NCBI RefSeq assembly: GCF_004010195.1
Contig: NC_057750.1
Location: 18,638,542-18,702,541, forward strand
Source of the DNA: Chiloscyllium plagiosum
Lineage: Eukaryota
Direction: 5' to 3'
Length of the DNA: 64,000 bases
This document shows, in pieces, positions 1 through 11,050 of this stretch (its first letter is position 1; the number at the start of each line of letters is the position of its first letter). Below the pieces are notes generated by a model. It saw only the letters and a program-made list of their open reading frames with translations, made no database searches and was not told the DNA's origin. Both the position numbers and the translations under genes were made by a program.

Positions 1-25
1 GAATCGCATGACAATAGACAATAGA

Positions 26-770
26 NNNNNNNNNNNNNNNNNNNNNNNNNNNNNNNNNNNNNNNNNNNNNNNNNNNNNNNNNNNNNNNNNNNNNNNNNNN
101 NNNNNNNNNNNNNNNNNNNNNNNNNNNNNNNNNNNNNNNNNNNNNNNNNNNNNNNNNNNNNNNNNNNNNNNNNNNNNNNNNNNNNNNNNNNNNNNNNNNN
201 NNNNNNNNNNNNNNNNNNNNNNNNNNNNNNNNNNNNNNNNNNNNNNNNNNNNNNNNNNNNNNNNNNNNNNNNNNNNNNNNNNNNNNNNNNNNNNNNNNNN
301 NNNNNNNNNNNNNNNNNNNNNNNNNNNNNNNNNNNNNNNNNNNNNNNNNNNNNNNNNNNNNNNNNNNNNNNNNNNNNNNNNNNNNNNNNNNNNNNNNNNN
401 NNNNNNNNNNNNNNNNNNNNNNNNNNNNNNNNNNNNNNNNNNNNNNNNNNNNNNNNNNNNNNNNNNNNNNNNNNNNNNNNNNNNNNNNNNNNNNNNNNNN
501 NNNNNNNNNNNNNNNNNNNNNNNNNNNNNNNNNNNNNNNNNNNNNNNNNNNNNNNNNNNNNNNNNNNNNNNNNNNNNNNNNNNNNNNNNNNNNNNNNNNN
601 NNNNNNNNNNNNNNNNNNNNNNNNNNNNNNNNNNNNNNNNNNNNNNNNNNNNNNNNNNNNNNNNNNNNNNNNNNNNNNNNNNNNNNNNNNNNNNNNNNNN
701 NNNNNNNNNNNNNNNNNNNNNNNNNNNNNNNNNNNNNNNNNNNNNNNNNNNNNNNNNNNNNNNNNNNNNN
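26..770. other. Assembly gap (N run)
   Basis: Continuous n from 26 to 770; ORF 8..994 is an artefact of it. Confidence 0.99.
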
Positions 771-1470
771 CTTTCTCTCTCCCACCTTTCTTACAAAGTG
801 GTATAACATTAGCCACCCTCCAATCCTCAGGAACCGACCCCGAATCTATCGAACTCTGGAAAATAATCACCAACGCATCCACGATTTCCCGAGCCACCTC
901 CTTCAGTACCCTGGGATGCAGACAATCAGGCCCCGGAGACTTATCAACCTTCAGACCTAACAGTCTCTCCAACACCAAATCCTGGCAAATATAAATACCC
1001 TTAAGTTCAGGTCCTTCAGCCACTGTTACCTCAGGGAGATTGCTTGTGTCTTCCCCAGTGAACACTGATCTGAAGTACCCATTTAATTCCTCTGCCATTT
1101 CTTTGTTCCCCGTAATATAATCCACTGTTTCTGTCTTCAAGGGCCCAATTTTAGTCCTAACCATTTTTTTGCCTTGTACATACCTAAAAACGCTTTTACT
1201 ATCCTCCTTTATATTATTGGCCAATTTACCTTCGTACCTCATTTTTCCTTTGCGTATTTCCTTCTTAGTAATCCTCTGTTGCTCTTTAAAAGCTTCCCAG
1301 TCCTCAGTTTTCCCACTGATCTTTGCTATGTTATACTTTTTCTCTTTTAACTTTATATGTTTCTTAACTTCCCTCGTCAGCCACGGCCGCCCATGCCTCC
1401 TCCTGGGATCTTTCTTCCTTTTAGGAATGAACTGATCCTGCAAGTATCCGCCATTGTCCCTCCACGATCA
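771..1470 (-). mobile_element. CR1-clade LINE ORF2 fragment
   Basis: Resembles the endonuclease-RT linker of shark CR1 elements (recognised pattern, not a search result). Confidence 0.65.
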
Positions 1471-1589
1471 TGAATATTTACTTCTAAATGTGAGGAAATA
1501 TTTAAACCTGGAACTCATAAATGCATGTGTTGAGAGCTCGTATCAGGCATGAGAATTTGTATCAATATAGAGCATTTTTCTCTTGTGGT

Positions 1590-1890
1590 CACTTAAGCCC
1601 TACTTCCAGTGTCAGTAGAGGGGGAAAACTACACTATTGCGCAGAAGCATTGACTCAGTGATCTATTTTCCTCTGAGGCAGATGTAAAGCATCCAGTAAC
1701 ATTATGACATTCTGCAAGGGCCCTGGAATAACATACTCCTCTCAACCAAAATTACCAAAACAAATTAGCAGGCCATTACACTTTGTGGGAGTTTGTGATG
1801 TGAAAATTGCTTATTATAATGCTCATATTGCTGCAGTGACTGCAGTTCAAACTTACATCATTTGAAAAAAGAAGTTTATTGGGATGTAAC
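1590..1890 (+). mobile_element. Degenerate Deu-domain SINE (SacSINE1-like)
   Basis: Segments such as ctcaaccaaaattaccaaaacaaattagc...tttgtgggagtttg...gtgactgcagttcaaa resemble the Deu/SacSINE body; a similar reverse copy lies at about 7850-8260. Confidence 0.5.
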
Positions 1891-2475
1891 TATTTGCATT
1901 AAATATCTGTTACAATAACACATTTACAATTACCATTTATGCACTGCGGCTATTTAAAGTCATAGATGTCATGGACAAAAGAATGCCATTTGACTCATTA
2001 AATTGTAAAAGAAACCAATCTTCCTGATTTCTTCACTCTATCTTCATAGACCTGGAATTTTAATGCTCCAAGTGGTCATCCTTTGGAAATAATTGTTTGT
2101 TTCTGTTTCACCACCCACATCGGCAAGTTGATTAGCATTCTCGCAAAAGAAAATATTTTCTCACAGTTTTCCTGCATTTCTCACGCAAATCCTAAAGTCG
2201 TCTGCCCTAAACCGTGTATTCATCAGTTAAAAGAACAGATTTTCTTTGTCCATGCTATCAAAATCTTTATAGCATTTCATACACCTTCATTCAATATCCC
2301 CTCAATCTCCTTTATTACAAAGGAGAACTATTCTAGCTTCGCCAGCCTAACCTTGTCGGTAACAATCCCATTTCTAGATCCAATGTAGATAATCCCCTTA
2401 CACCCCCTCAAAGATTGTTCATATTATTCTTAAAACATGATATTCAGAAGCAGGTAGAAGGATGTAGTGACTTAC

Positions 2476-2496
2476 CTTTACTTATGCCGCAGATTT
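2476..2496 (-). CDS. TRBC: TCR beta constant region exon 2 (hinge, interchain Cys): (E)ICGISK
   Basis: Minus strand reads ctctttcag|AAATCTGCGGCATAAGTAAAG|gtaagt; 21 nt, phase 1-1, in frame with exon 1; Cys-Gly motif homologous to mammalian DCGFTS. Confidence 0.9.
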
Positions 2497-2569
2497 CTGA
2501 AAGAGATTTAATAGAAAAATTAGCATCAGAGTACTTGTTGGAGTGATTGTTCAGATGTAAGTCATCACA

Positions 2570-2872
2570 CGGTGGCCCAAGGGTTAGCACTGCTGCGTCA
2601 CAGCACCACGGACATGGGTTCAATTCTAACCCTGGGTGACTTTATGGAGTGTACATGTTCTTCCTATGCTTGCACAAGGTTCCCTCACTGTCCAGAGATG
2701 TGCAAGTTAAATATATTTGCCATTCTAAATTTTCCTGTGGTTTGTAGACTAGTTGGATTAGCCATGGTACATCAGGGAGATGGGGTTGCTAGATCTGAGT
2801 AAGATGTCCTTCAGACAGTTGATGCAGACTCATTGGGTTAAATGGCCTCTTTCCACTCTGTTGGGATTCTAT
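2570..2872 (+). mobile_element. HE1-type tRNA-derived SINE
   Basis: ggtggcccaagggttagcactgctgcgtcacagcacc...gggttcaattc head and HE1 body. Confidence 0.8.
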
Positions 2873-3110
2873 AAGTTGTATGTCAGTCTGCATACAGTCT
2901 GATGCTGTTTTTGCAAGATTTTAGAACATTATTTCCCATTAACTTTATATTATTTATCTATTTTTTGAATTATTTAGCTGGTTATTTATTTATCTACAAA
3001 TGTATCTCCTCACTCTCTTATTCACAAGAGCACAGACACTGTTTAAATCAACATTCCTGTATTCTTTGAAGCTAAAATTAAAATCATATGGGGTTAACAC
3101 AAGCACATAC

Positions 3111-3455
3111 CAGCATTAATGGGTAAAACTTCTGAATGGTTTGTCGGTTGTGATCCTTGGTAATAATGTTCCACTTTGCACTCAATATTTTTAGACTTGG
3201 CCCAGGTTTGAGCGTTTAATCTGAACCGACTGCTGATGCTGTAGGTCTTTGTCTCAGTTTTGAACATAGAATTGACGTCAGTCTGAATTTTCTCATCAGT
3301 CGCTGATATCGCAGTGCCATCCAGAAACCAATGGATTTTGATATTGTCAGGATAGAAGTCAGTTACTAGGCAAATCACAGTTGCCTTCTCTTTCTGTTTA
3401 ATCTCATCTGGTGAGGGTTCAAAGATAGTGATGCTAGCATTCTTAGGATCATGTT
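3111..3455 (-). CDS. TRBC: TCR beta constant region exon 1 (C1-set Ig domain)
   Basis: cacag|AACATGATCCT acceptor and GCTG|gtatgt donor; 345 nt, phase 1-1. Protein EHDPKNASITIFEPSPDEIKQKEKATVICLVTDFYPDNIKIHW...YSISSRFRLNAQTW...IECKVEHY carries the TCR-beta signatures. Confidence 0.96.
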
Positions 3456-5289
3456 CTGTGTGAATTAAACAATGATAAAGAAAAAGAACATGTGTGAGAT
3501 TGAAAATCATCTGCAATTTTAAAATAGTACATTATTTTTACATAGTACAATTAGCTTAATGTAAAATACAAAATAATGCTGTCTGTTTTCTTCATATCAT
3601 GCTACATATTAGTAATGAACAATTGAATCTCTTTGCATGTTGTGTATTCTTTGTACCTTTTAACCAAAACAGTGAGAATTCAAATCTGATCTTTTTCTTG
3701 GTAACTAACTGTAGTGTAATTCTGTCCTAAACTCAAATTGTTTTCCTGTCAATTTGAAAGTGTTTTTGAATTTTGGTCAAACCTATTATTAATTTACTGA
3801 ACCATCATTTACTCTATAGATGACATTTCTAAATCTGCTCATAGCTGTTTTCTACATCTTGTGACCAGCAATGTAACCATAAACTGTTCCAATAACTGAG
3901 GATGTTTTCTGTCTCTTACATGATAGTAAGTAGAGATACCAAGTTAACCCTGCCAACCCAACCCCTTGTCTCACAAAATAACAAAATTCCCCCAAATCAA
4001 GTAATTAGACTTTTATAGAATATATCTAACACACACAGACACACACAAACACACAAATGTGTATACACATATATTAATATAATATATAGTACTACTGGAT
4101 TTATTTCCGTCACCAACTCAGGCTGTACATGTCAAATCAAATACAGTTTTTAAAAAGATGTTATGGTCTGTAACCCACTGATTTTTGGAAAATAAAGATT
4201 TTCATGGAAATGACATGGAAGAGCAAAACACAGGAGCCTTATATCAATAGGAGCCTTAATTGTCTAAATATAGTGTAAAGGGCAGAGAAGGTTACGAGTT
4301 CCTATGGTGTGTCAGAATTTTCTACATCAGAATGTTTTCAGTGAAACCAGGAAGCAAACAAAAAAACTGTCATATTTGATTATTGGGAGAGAGGTGGGCC
4401 TCACTCAAGGGTGAGTGGGAAAAGATTAAAATGAGTTGTGTGATCATTGTATCATAAAGTTTAGCGTTACAATGAAAATGACAAGGAACAATTTGGAGTA
4501 ATAATAATTAATTTGTGAAAACCAATTTTAATGATGTTTGATAACAAATAGACCTGGAAGGCATAAATTTCAACCAAAGATTGACAGAAAGCCTGGTAGC
4601 TAAACAATGGTGTATTTTCAAAGGGAAGCTAGAACAGGCACCAGCAACTTTTTGAAAATGATAGGTACAGCAAAATAAAAGGACTTCTCTAGGTTATAAA
4701 AGGTTACACAAATTATTACGAAGAATTACTGATGTGCTCTTAACAGATATCAAACAGAATATTCAATTGAGAATTATGTTATATGTCTTCAAAGTTTACC
4801 AGGCACCAAGAGCAGATGAGGTGCATTGAAACATGTTAAGTGAAGAGAAAAGTGAAGGGCCTTTGATCTCCTTTCTGTTGTTCTTAGTCTTAGGGTGGTG
4901 CCTGGAGATTGGAGAATTCAACAAAAAATACTGGAAAGTTCTCCATGACTTTGTGGTGGATATAAATCCAATAGCATATGTTAAAAAGGCAAATTACTTT
5001 TCATGAAAAATGTATTAGGAAAAGGCAAACAACTACAAGCTGGTCAGCTTAACATCTGTGTTGGGGCAATATGTAGAAACAATAAATTGTAGCAAATTAC
5101 TAGTTGCACTCATAAAATGTGATTATTTAGAGAAAGCTAATATGAATTTCTTAACGGAAAATTACATTTAATTGATATTTTGGAGCTTTTTGAAGAGGTA
5201 ACAAATAGGGCTGATGAGGGCAATGCTGTACATCGACTTCTAGACAGCCTTTGATGTAGTACTGCATAACAGTCTTGCAAATGCTCTTG

Positions 5290-5585
5290 GAGTTCGACGT
5301 AATTACCAGGGACCCTGGTTCGATGCCAGGCTGGGGCAACTGCATATATAGAATTTGCACATTGTCCCAGTGTACGCATGGATTTCCACCAGTTGCTCTG
5401 TTTTGCTCCAGTAGTCCAAAAGATAGTTGATGGATTGACCATGCTAACTTGCCCTGTATAATCTCAGCATGTACATGTTAGGTGGATTAGCCATGGCATA
5501 TTTGGTTACAGAATAGACTCTCTTTGGAGTGTCAGCACAGACTTGATGGGTTGAATGGCCTCTTTCTGTACTGTAGGGATTCTAC
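5290..5585 (+). mobile_element. HE1-type SINE
   Basis: gggaccctggttcgatgcc B-box region and HE1 3' end ctgtactgtagggattcta. Confidence 0.75.
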
Positions 5586-5906
5586 ATTTTTAATATTTTC
5601 AGGCCAATCATCAGGAATCTTTTCCTTTAAATGATCTATATATACATAATACAAAGGATATATGACCTTGGTGCACAGGAGAACATTTCAAATATTACAG
5701 ATTATACGAAACTTCACAGCACTGTGAACTGTGAGGAAGATAGTGTGCAACTTCAAAAGGATATAGACAACTTGGTGCAGTGGGAGAATATTTGGGAAAT
5801 GAAGTTTTACACACGGTCAGAAGAACTTGGAGGTATAGTATCAAATAAAAGATACAATGTTAAAACTTGTGTCCTAACAGACAAACCTTAGTGTATATCT
5901 GTATAG

Positions 5907-6164
5907 TTGAAACTTTATTGCTGGAACAGCACAGCAGGTCAGGCAGCATCCAGGGAACAGGAGATTCGACGTTTCGGGCACAGGCCCTTCTTCCTGAAGA
6001 AGGGCCTGTGCCCGAAACGTCGAATCTCCTGATATTCCTGAAGAAGGGCCTGTGCCCGAAACGTCGAATCTCCTGTTCCCTGGATGCTGCCTGACCTGCT
6101 GTGCTGTTCCAGCAATAAAGTTTCAACTTTGATCTCCAGCATCTGCAGACCTCACTTTCTCCTC
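5907..6164. mobile_element. Short Penelope-derived insertion with inverted and tandem pLTR segments; 14-bp TSD
   Basis: TSD gtatatctgtatag at 5893-5906 and 6165-6178; about 87-bp inverted repeat; same terminal sequence family as the Penelope pLTRs at 25363 and 28881. Confidence 0.85.
5991..6069 (+). ncRNA. Two tandem minimal type I hammerhead ribozyme motifs
   Basis: CTGAAGA-A-GGGC(CTGT)GCCC-GAAAC-GTC at 5994-6021 and 6038-6065; stem I ATTC/GAAT around the second copy. Confidence 0.75.
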
Positions 6165-6377
6165 GTATATCTGTATAGGAAATTAAAGGCAGCACAGCAG
6201 AGAGAGCAGTTGATAAGCTAATTAATGTGTTCAGTTTTATTAATTGAGGCACTGAGTATTTCAGCAAGGATTTATTTTGAACTTGTATAAGACCATTGTT
6301 CTAATCCTGAACACCATATTTCAGGCAGGATGTGAAAGTATTGAAAAGAGTACAGAAACATAAAACTGTGTTTGATG

Positions 6378-6567
6378 CTGTATGTAGAATTTGCACATTG
6401 TGTACGCATGGATTTCCACCAGTTGCTCTGTTTTGTCCAAGTAGTCCAAAAGATAGTTGATGGATTGACCATGCTAGGTGCATGTTAGGTGGATTAGCCA
6501 TGGCACATGTGGTTACAGCATAGACACTCTTTGGAGGGTCAGTACAGACTTGATGGGTCGAATGGTC
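6378..6567 (+). repeat. Local duplicate of the HE1 SINE segment at about 5340-5560
   Basis: Near-identical run tgtacgcatggatttccaccagttgctctgtttt...aaaagatagttgatggattgaccatgcta in both places. Confidence 0.8.
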
Positions 6568-7139
6568 TCAAGTTTGATGCAATTTGACTTTATATTTATT
6601 TGAATGTAATTCTATATTATATATCAGGTGGGAAAGTCGCTCAAAGTCACAACCAAAAGTCAGCTCCATCTCCATGAAAAATAGTTTATGTTGAAATATT
6701 AATAGGTCTTGATTTACACTCAGACATCTAAAATCTAGAATATTACCCATTTCTGTCTTAGAAAATAATTGAACCAATGATTCTTCCAAACCAGTGTTGG
6801 AAGCACTTGGACTGAACAAGCTGAGCTCTTTAGAAATGGCATAATGTGCTTTCATAACAGCAGTTCTCGATATAAAAGAAATGAATACGGTCCACAGAGA
6901 GCTGAGTGAATAGTTGATTTAAAATTCTGAAGGAGGAAAAATGAAGTCTAAAGTGAGTGGATCCTAAATGTAAGACAGTCAGCAATAAATCCTGTGGAGA
7001 TTTCAAGAGAAACCTATTTACTCATGGGGTGGTGAGAATGTGAAATTCACTACTCTTACTTGTGTGAATTTCTGAGAAAATGAGTATAGATGGAGTCAGT
7101 AGAAGCTATTTAAAGAGATTAATTTTAAAAGTGCGGGAA

Positions 7140-7480
7140 GCCACTGACCTGGTGGTGTTATCGATGGGCTGTTAATCCTGAGACCCAAACAATATTTTTG
7201 GGACCTGGGTTTGAACCCTGCCACAGCAGACAGTGGAAATTGAATTCAATTAATAACAAATCTGAAAATACGAGTCTAACGATGACCAGGAATCCATTGG
7301 CATTGTTTGAAATCCCCATCTGATTCACTAATGTTCTTTATGGAAAACAAGCTGCTATCCTTACCCGGTCTGATCAATATGTGACTCCAAATCCACAGCA
7401 ACATGGTTGACTCTTAACTGTAATTTGGGCAATAAATGCTGCCTTATCAGTGATGTCCTTATCCCATGAATGAATTTTTA
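7140..7480 (+). mobile_element. tRNA-derived SINE (second shark family, CR1-like tail)
   Basis: gacctgggtttgaaccctgcc B-box; body related to 13780-14040 (+) and 16890-17070 (-); tail gggcaataaatgctg shared with the LINE end at about 38265. Confidence 0.65.
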
Positions 7481-10400
7481 AATAATGAAGTTATATGGTT
7501 GGGTTACAGTGGAAGAACTAAGATTGGACTCGCATGGAGTTTAAATGCTAGAGTTCAACTGTTGGGCTGAATGGTATACTTTTCGATGGTGCAATCTATC
7601 AGTGTAATTAACATTTTACAACCATAAAGGCATTTTTTTTTCTCTTAGATTGTTAAGATCTTCGTGCTCAGACAGCAGTAAACTGAGTGACTGTCAGTGA
7701 AGCATAGTTATAGTGAAAGTCAGCAACCCGAAAATAAAAATCATCTGCGGTTGTGACAGTTAGTATCTATGCTGAGAAAATTCAGTCTCTGCATTTGGAA
7801 TACAAAACTGGATTTTGGAGAACTACACATGCTAAAAGGCAAATTTCGAACACCTCAACTGTTTCTAGTTATATTTACAGTTAAATGATGCAATATTTAA
7901 GGAGAAAGCAATGCCATAAATCCATAATGTGTTCAAGCCAAGTGTGCACAATTGAACAGAAACATTGGAATCTGCTGACTATGTTCACACATCAATCATT
8001 GAACGAGAGCTGAGACCTCACAATTTAATAAACAGCCACATCTTTTTTTTTCTCAAGCAGTAAACGTTGGTTCAGGACATTGGGAAAGAATTCCTTCATC
8101 TTCACTTTGGTCCTCTGCTCCTTTCCACCTACTAGAGATAACTGATGGAGTTTCAGGTTAATGTGTCAGCTGAAGGACAGCTTCTCCAACATATATCACT
8201 CTCTAGTATCAGCCTTACATTAATCCTTCCTTAACACCGATCTTCTATAGTGAGGCATTCCATCACTACTGAAGATTTAAGCCAGCTGCCTAGTTAATGG
8301 GTTAAAACCTTTTGAAACTATAACATTTTGCCTTGGAGGCAACTACACTGCAATGGAGCAACTTAATAGAAATGCTGAAACAAGATGGTAATTTTGAGAA
8401 TCAATCTCTTTCTGAACCAGTTAACCTGAAATTGACCAATGTGAATTCACAACATTTCACCCTTACCTCAAGCTGTGAGCCAGCCACAGTAGAACAGAAG
8501 GCCTTGAGCAAAATATTACTGTGTATAAGTTGGAATTTTAAAAATTGCAACTTTCCAGTCTATCCACATAACTAAAGTCCCCTAGTGCTGGCAGCATTTC
8601 CATAAATGTTTCCTGCCTCTCTCTAACATCTTGGCACTATTCCGAATATGCGGCAATCAAGGAAATGAAACAACTGCCTCACCCAAATTTAGAAAATGCA
8701 TAGAAATAAATATATATCTATTCATATAGTGCCACTGATGCAGTAAAATATATCCTCCCAAGGCACTAGGGCAGGTGTTAAAAGTTTTAAAATATTATTT
8801 TTAAAGGAAGAGCAAGGGAGAGATAAAAATAATTAGGAACATAATTGTGGAGTTTAGACATTTAGGGCAGCTGATGGCAAGGGCTTTTTGGAAGGGTTAA
8901 GGACGGGGGAATGGACAAGAGACCTGAATTGGAGATGTGCAGAAATCTTATAAATTCATAATATCCAGACCTGATAATCTAGAAGCCCAAATTCCAAAAT
9001 CAATTTACTTATATTCCTCGTTATCCAGAAACATATTAAAGTGTTCCTGAAACTACACAGTTGACTAATTGTTAAGCACCAGCAATTGAAGTTTTGAAAT
9101 TGGCAAGTAAGCAGAGGTACACTTACAATAATTCCGCTGGCACTGAAAATGTAGTTGTACTTCCAATGAAGTAATTTGTATTTTTGTAGTGCAGTTAACA
9201 TCTGTTGCAAAAAATTGCGAATTTGTAATTGCTTTAATAGTGATTTAAACGAAATCATTACTTTGACCTTTTCATTCAAACAGTTTTGGGGGCTTTCACG
9301 ACTGGAATTGCATTTCTGGTGTTTATATTAGAAATAGTTAGAAAAAATATTGTTATCAATAAAATATGCTAAAGTATATGGAGAGTACATGAGAACAGGG
9401 TGACCAGAGTTAGTACCAAGGATGGGGGGCTTCAGTTATTATGGCGAGCCTAGATGTTCTCCTCAGAGAAGAAAACATTAAAAGCATTTTTAATTGAGAT
9501 CTTCAAAATTATGAAGGATTTACATGGAATAAAAGTTGAAAAATTGTTTCCATTTGTGGGTGAGTAAGTAATTACAGGCCATACTATATATTTTTCTAAA
9601 AACTACTGGGTTCGTTATGACTGGAAATGTATCATCTATAGTAGCAAGTTTGACAATAACTTTCAGTTGGAATCATGGATAAAGGAAAACACTGCTGATT
9701 ATAATGAGAAATCATAAGTGATAGCAACTGGGTAACTCTTGCAGTTAACTGATAAGGTAAGATGGATCAAATGAGTTCCTTCTGCGCTAAATATTAAGTG
9801 AGAATGAGAAGTTTTCAGGATGCCATAGCAAACTTAATACATTCACTAATTTGCTTTAGGAGTGGAAATGTGGCATTATTGCTCAGGTCTCACCTTAATG
9901 TGAATCCAAGCCAATACTGGTGACTCTTAACAATTTTCTAAAGAGGCAAGATAGATTCAGATGGGTGAAATCTTATAATCTGCTTGCTTAGTAAGGGTGT
10001 CTTTATGAAATATAAATCTTGCAATTCATTTTTTCCAGTTTTAGCTTCAGTTTATGAGGTCTGGGGATAATTACAAAGCGAGGAATGAATACTTGGAGTC
10101 ATGTAAACTTTGAACACTGAGATTGCATACCAACCTAGAAATGACAGCTTCGTCCTGGGACACCACATGAATAAACTGAACTCACAGATGAGAGAAAACC
10201 TGCAGCCTGGCAATAAAACTACTGGCCACTCAGTTATAAGAACATAAGAACTAGGTGGCAGAGTGGTCAATTCAGCCCCTGAAGCCTTCTCTGTCATTTG
10301 ATGCAATAATGAGTGATCTCATCCTAAACTCTACTCTTCCACCTGTTCTTCATAACCCTTTCAATCTTTTGCTAATTATAAGGAATCAACAGAAGTAATA

Positions 10401-10994
10401 TGTCCAATTCTCGGCATCACATATAGAACATATGTCAAAAAATTGGAAGAAGAAGATGAGATTTTGCTAAAATTGTGATTTGGTTTCAATTATGTGGAGA
10501 GACTGGAGAAGCTAAGTTTGTTCTCCCAATGTATGTTACCAACAGTTAGCTGGTACATTCACAGTCACGAAGGGTTTCATTGGAATAGATTGGCAGAAGC
10601 AATTTCCACCATTCAGTTCCCTGAGCCTCAAACTTCCCTGTGCCTCAAATGCATGTAAAAAATAATCTGGTTCGAGCAAGAGATGACTTTCGTTTATTTG
10701 GATAGATTGAAACGCCGATGTTTGTTTGTTTCTTTGATATGCTACTATGCAGAACTGAACTGCATTTGTGACTATGTACTTTAGACAGAGAGAGACAGCG
10801 AGAGAGAGTTTTTATGAATAAAGTATATTTATAAATTAAACATCCTTATGAATATGCAATGCATCTTACAATGTCAGTTGGGGTTTGCAATATTCTAACT
10901 GAAATGAGATCACAGGGAAGTAACTGGAGATTGAAAAATGTTACAATATAGTAGCAAATATTTTAAACCACTGATGTATTTTGCGTTTACCTAC

Positions 10995-11050
10995 CTGCAA
11001 TTGTCAGTTTGGTGCCTTCACCAAAATATAATGGATTGTTGTTGTTGTAG
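10995..11050 (-). CDS. TRBJ: TRBJ segment YNNNNPLYFGEGTKLTIA (C-proximal)
   Basis: FGXG motif; donor G|gtaggt; RSS cacaatg (11051-57), 12-nt spacer, ttaaaaaca (11070-78). Confidence 0.93.

Larger units (their letters stand above)
4290..7130 (+). mobile_element. Old, fragmented CR1 LINE in the J-C intron, interrupted by SINEs and a Penelope-derived insert
   Basis: Degenerate CR1 RT segments (e.g. ORF 5631-5891 ...VNCEEDSVQLQKDIDNLVQW...WEMKF). Confidence 0.6.

Noticed and set aside
8-994. 328-aa ORF
   Set aside because: Runs through the N gap; the remainder is antisense LINE sequence.
3456-3516. N-terminal extension MQMIFNL... of the C ORF as a leader
   Set aside because: It is intronic polypyrimidine sequence upstream of the splice acceptor, with a non-ATG start.
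5994-6075. CRISPR-like or satellite array
   Set aside because: Only two units, explained by Penelope pLTR/hammerhead duplication in a eukaryotic genome.
8460-8544. J-like fragments (YFAQG; AGSQLEVR) with tactgtg-12-ttttaaaaa
   Set aside because: The motifs are in incompatible registers, there is no CAC heptamer and the donor phase is wrong; not distinguishable from chance.
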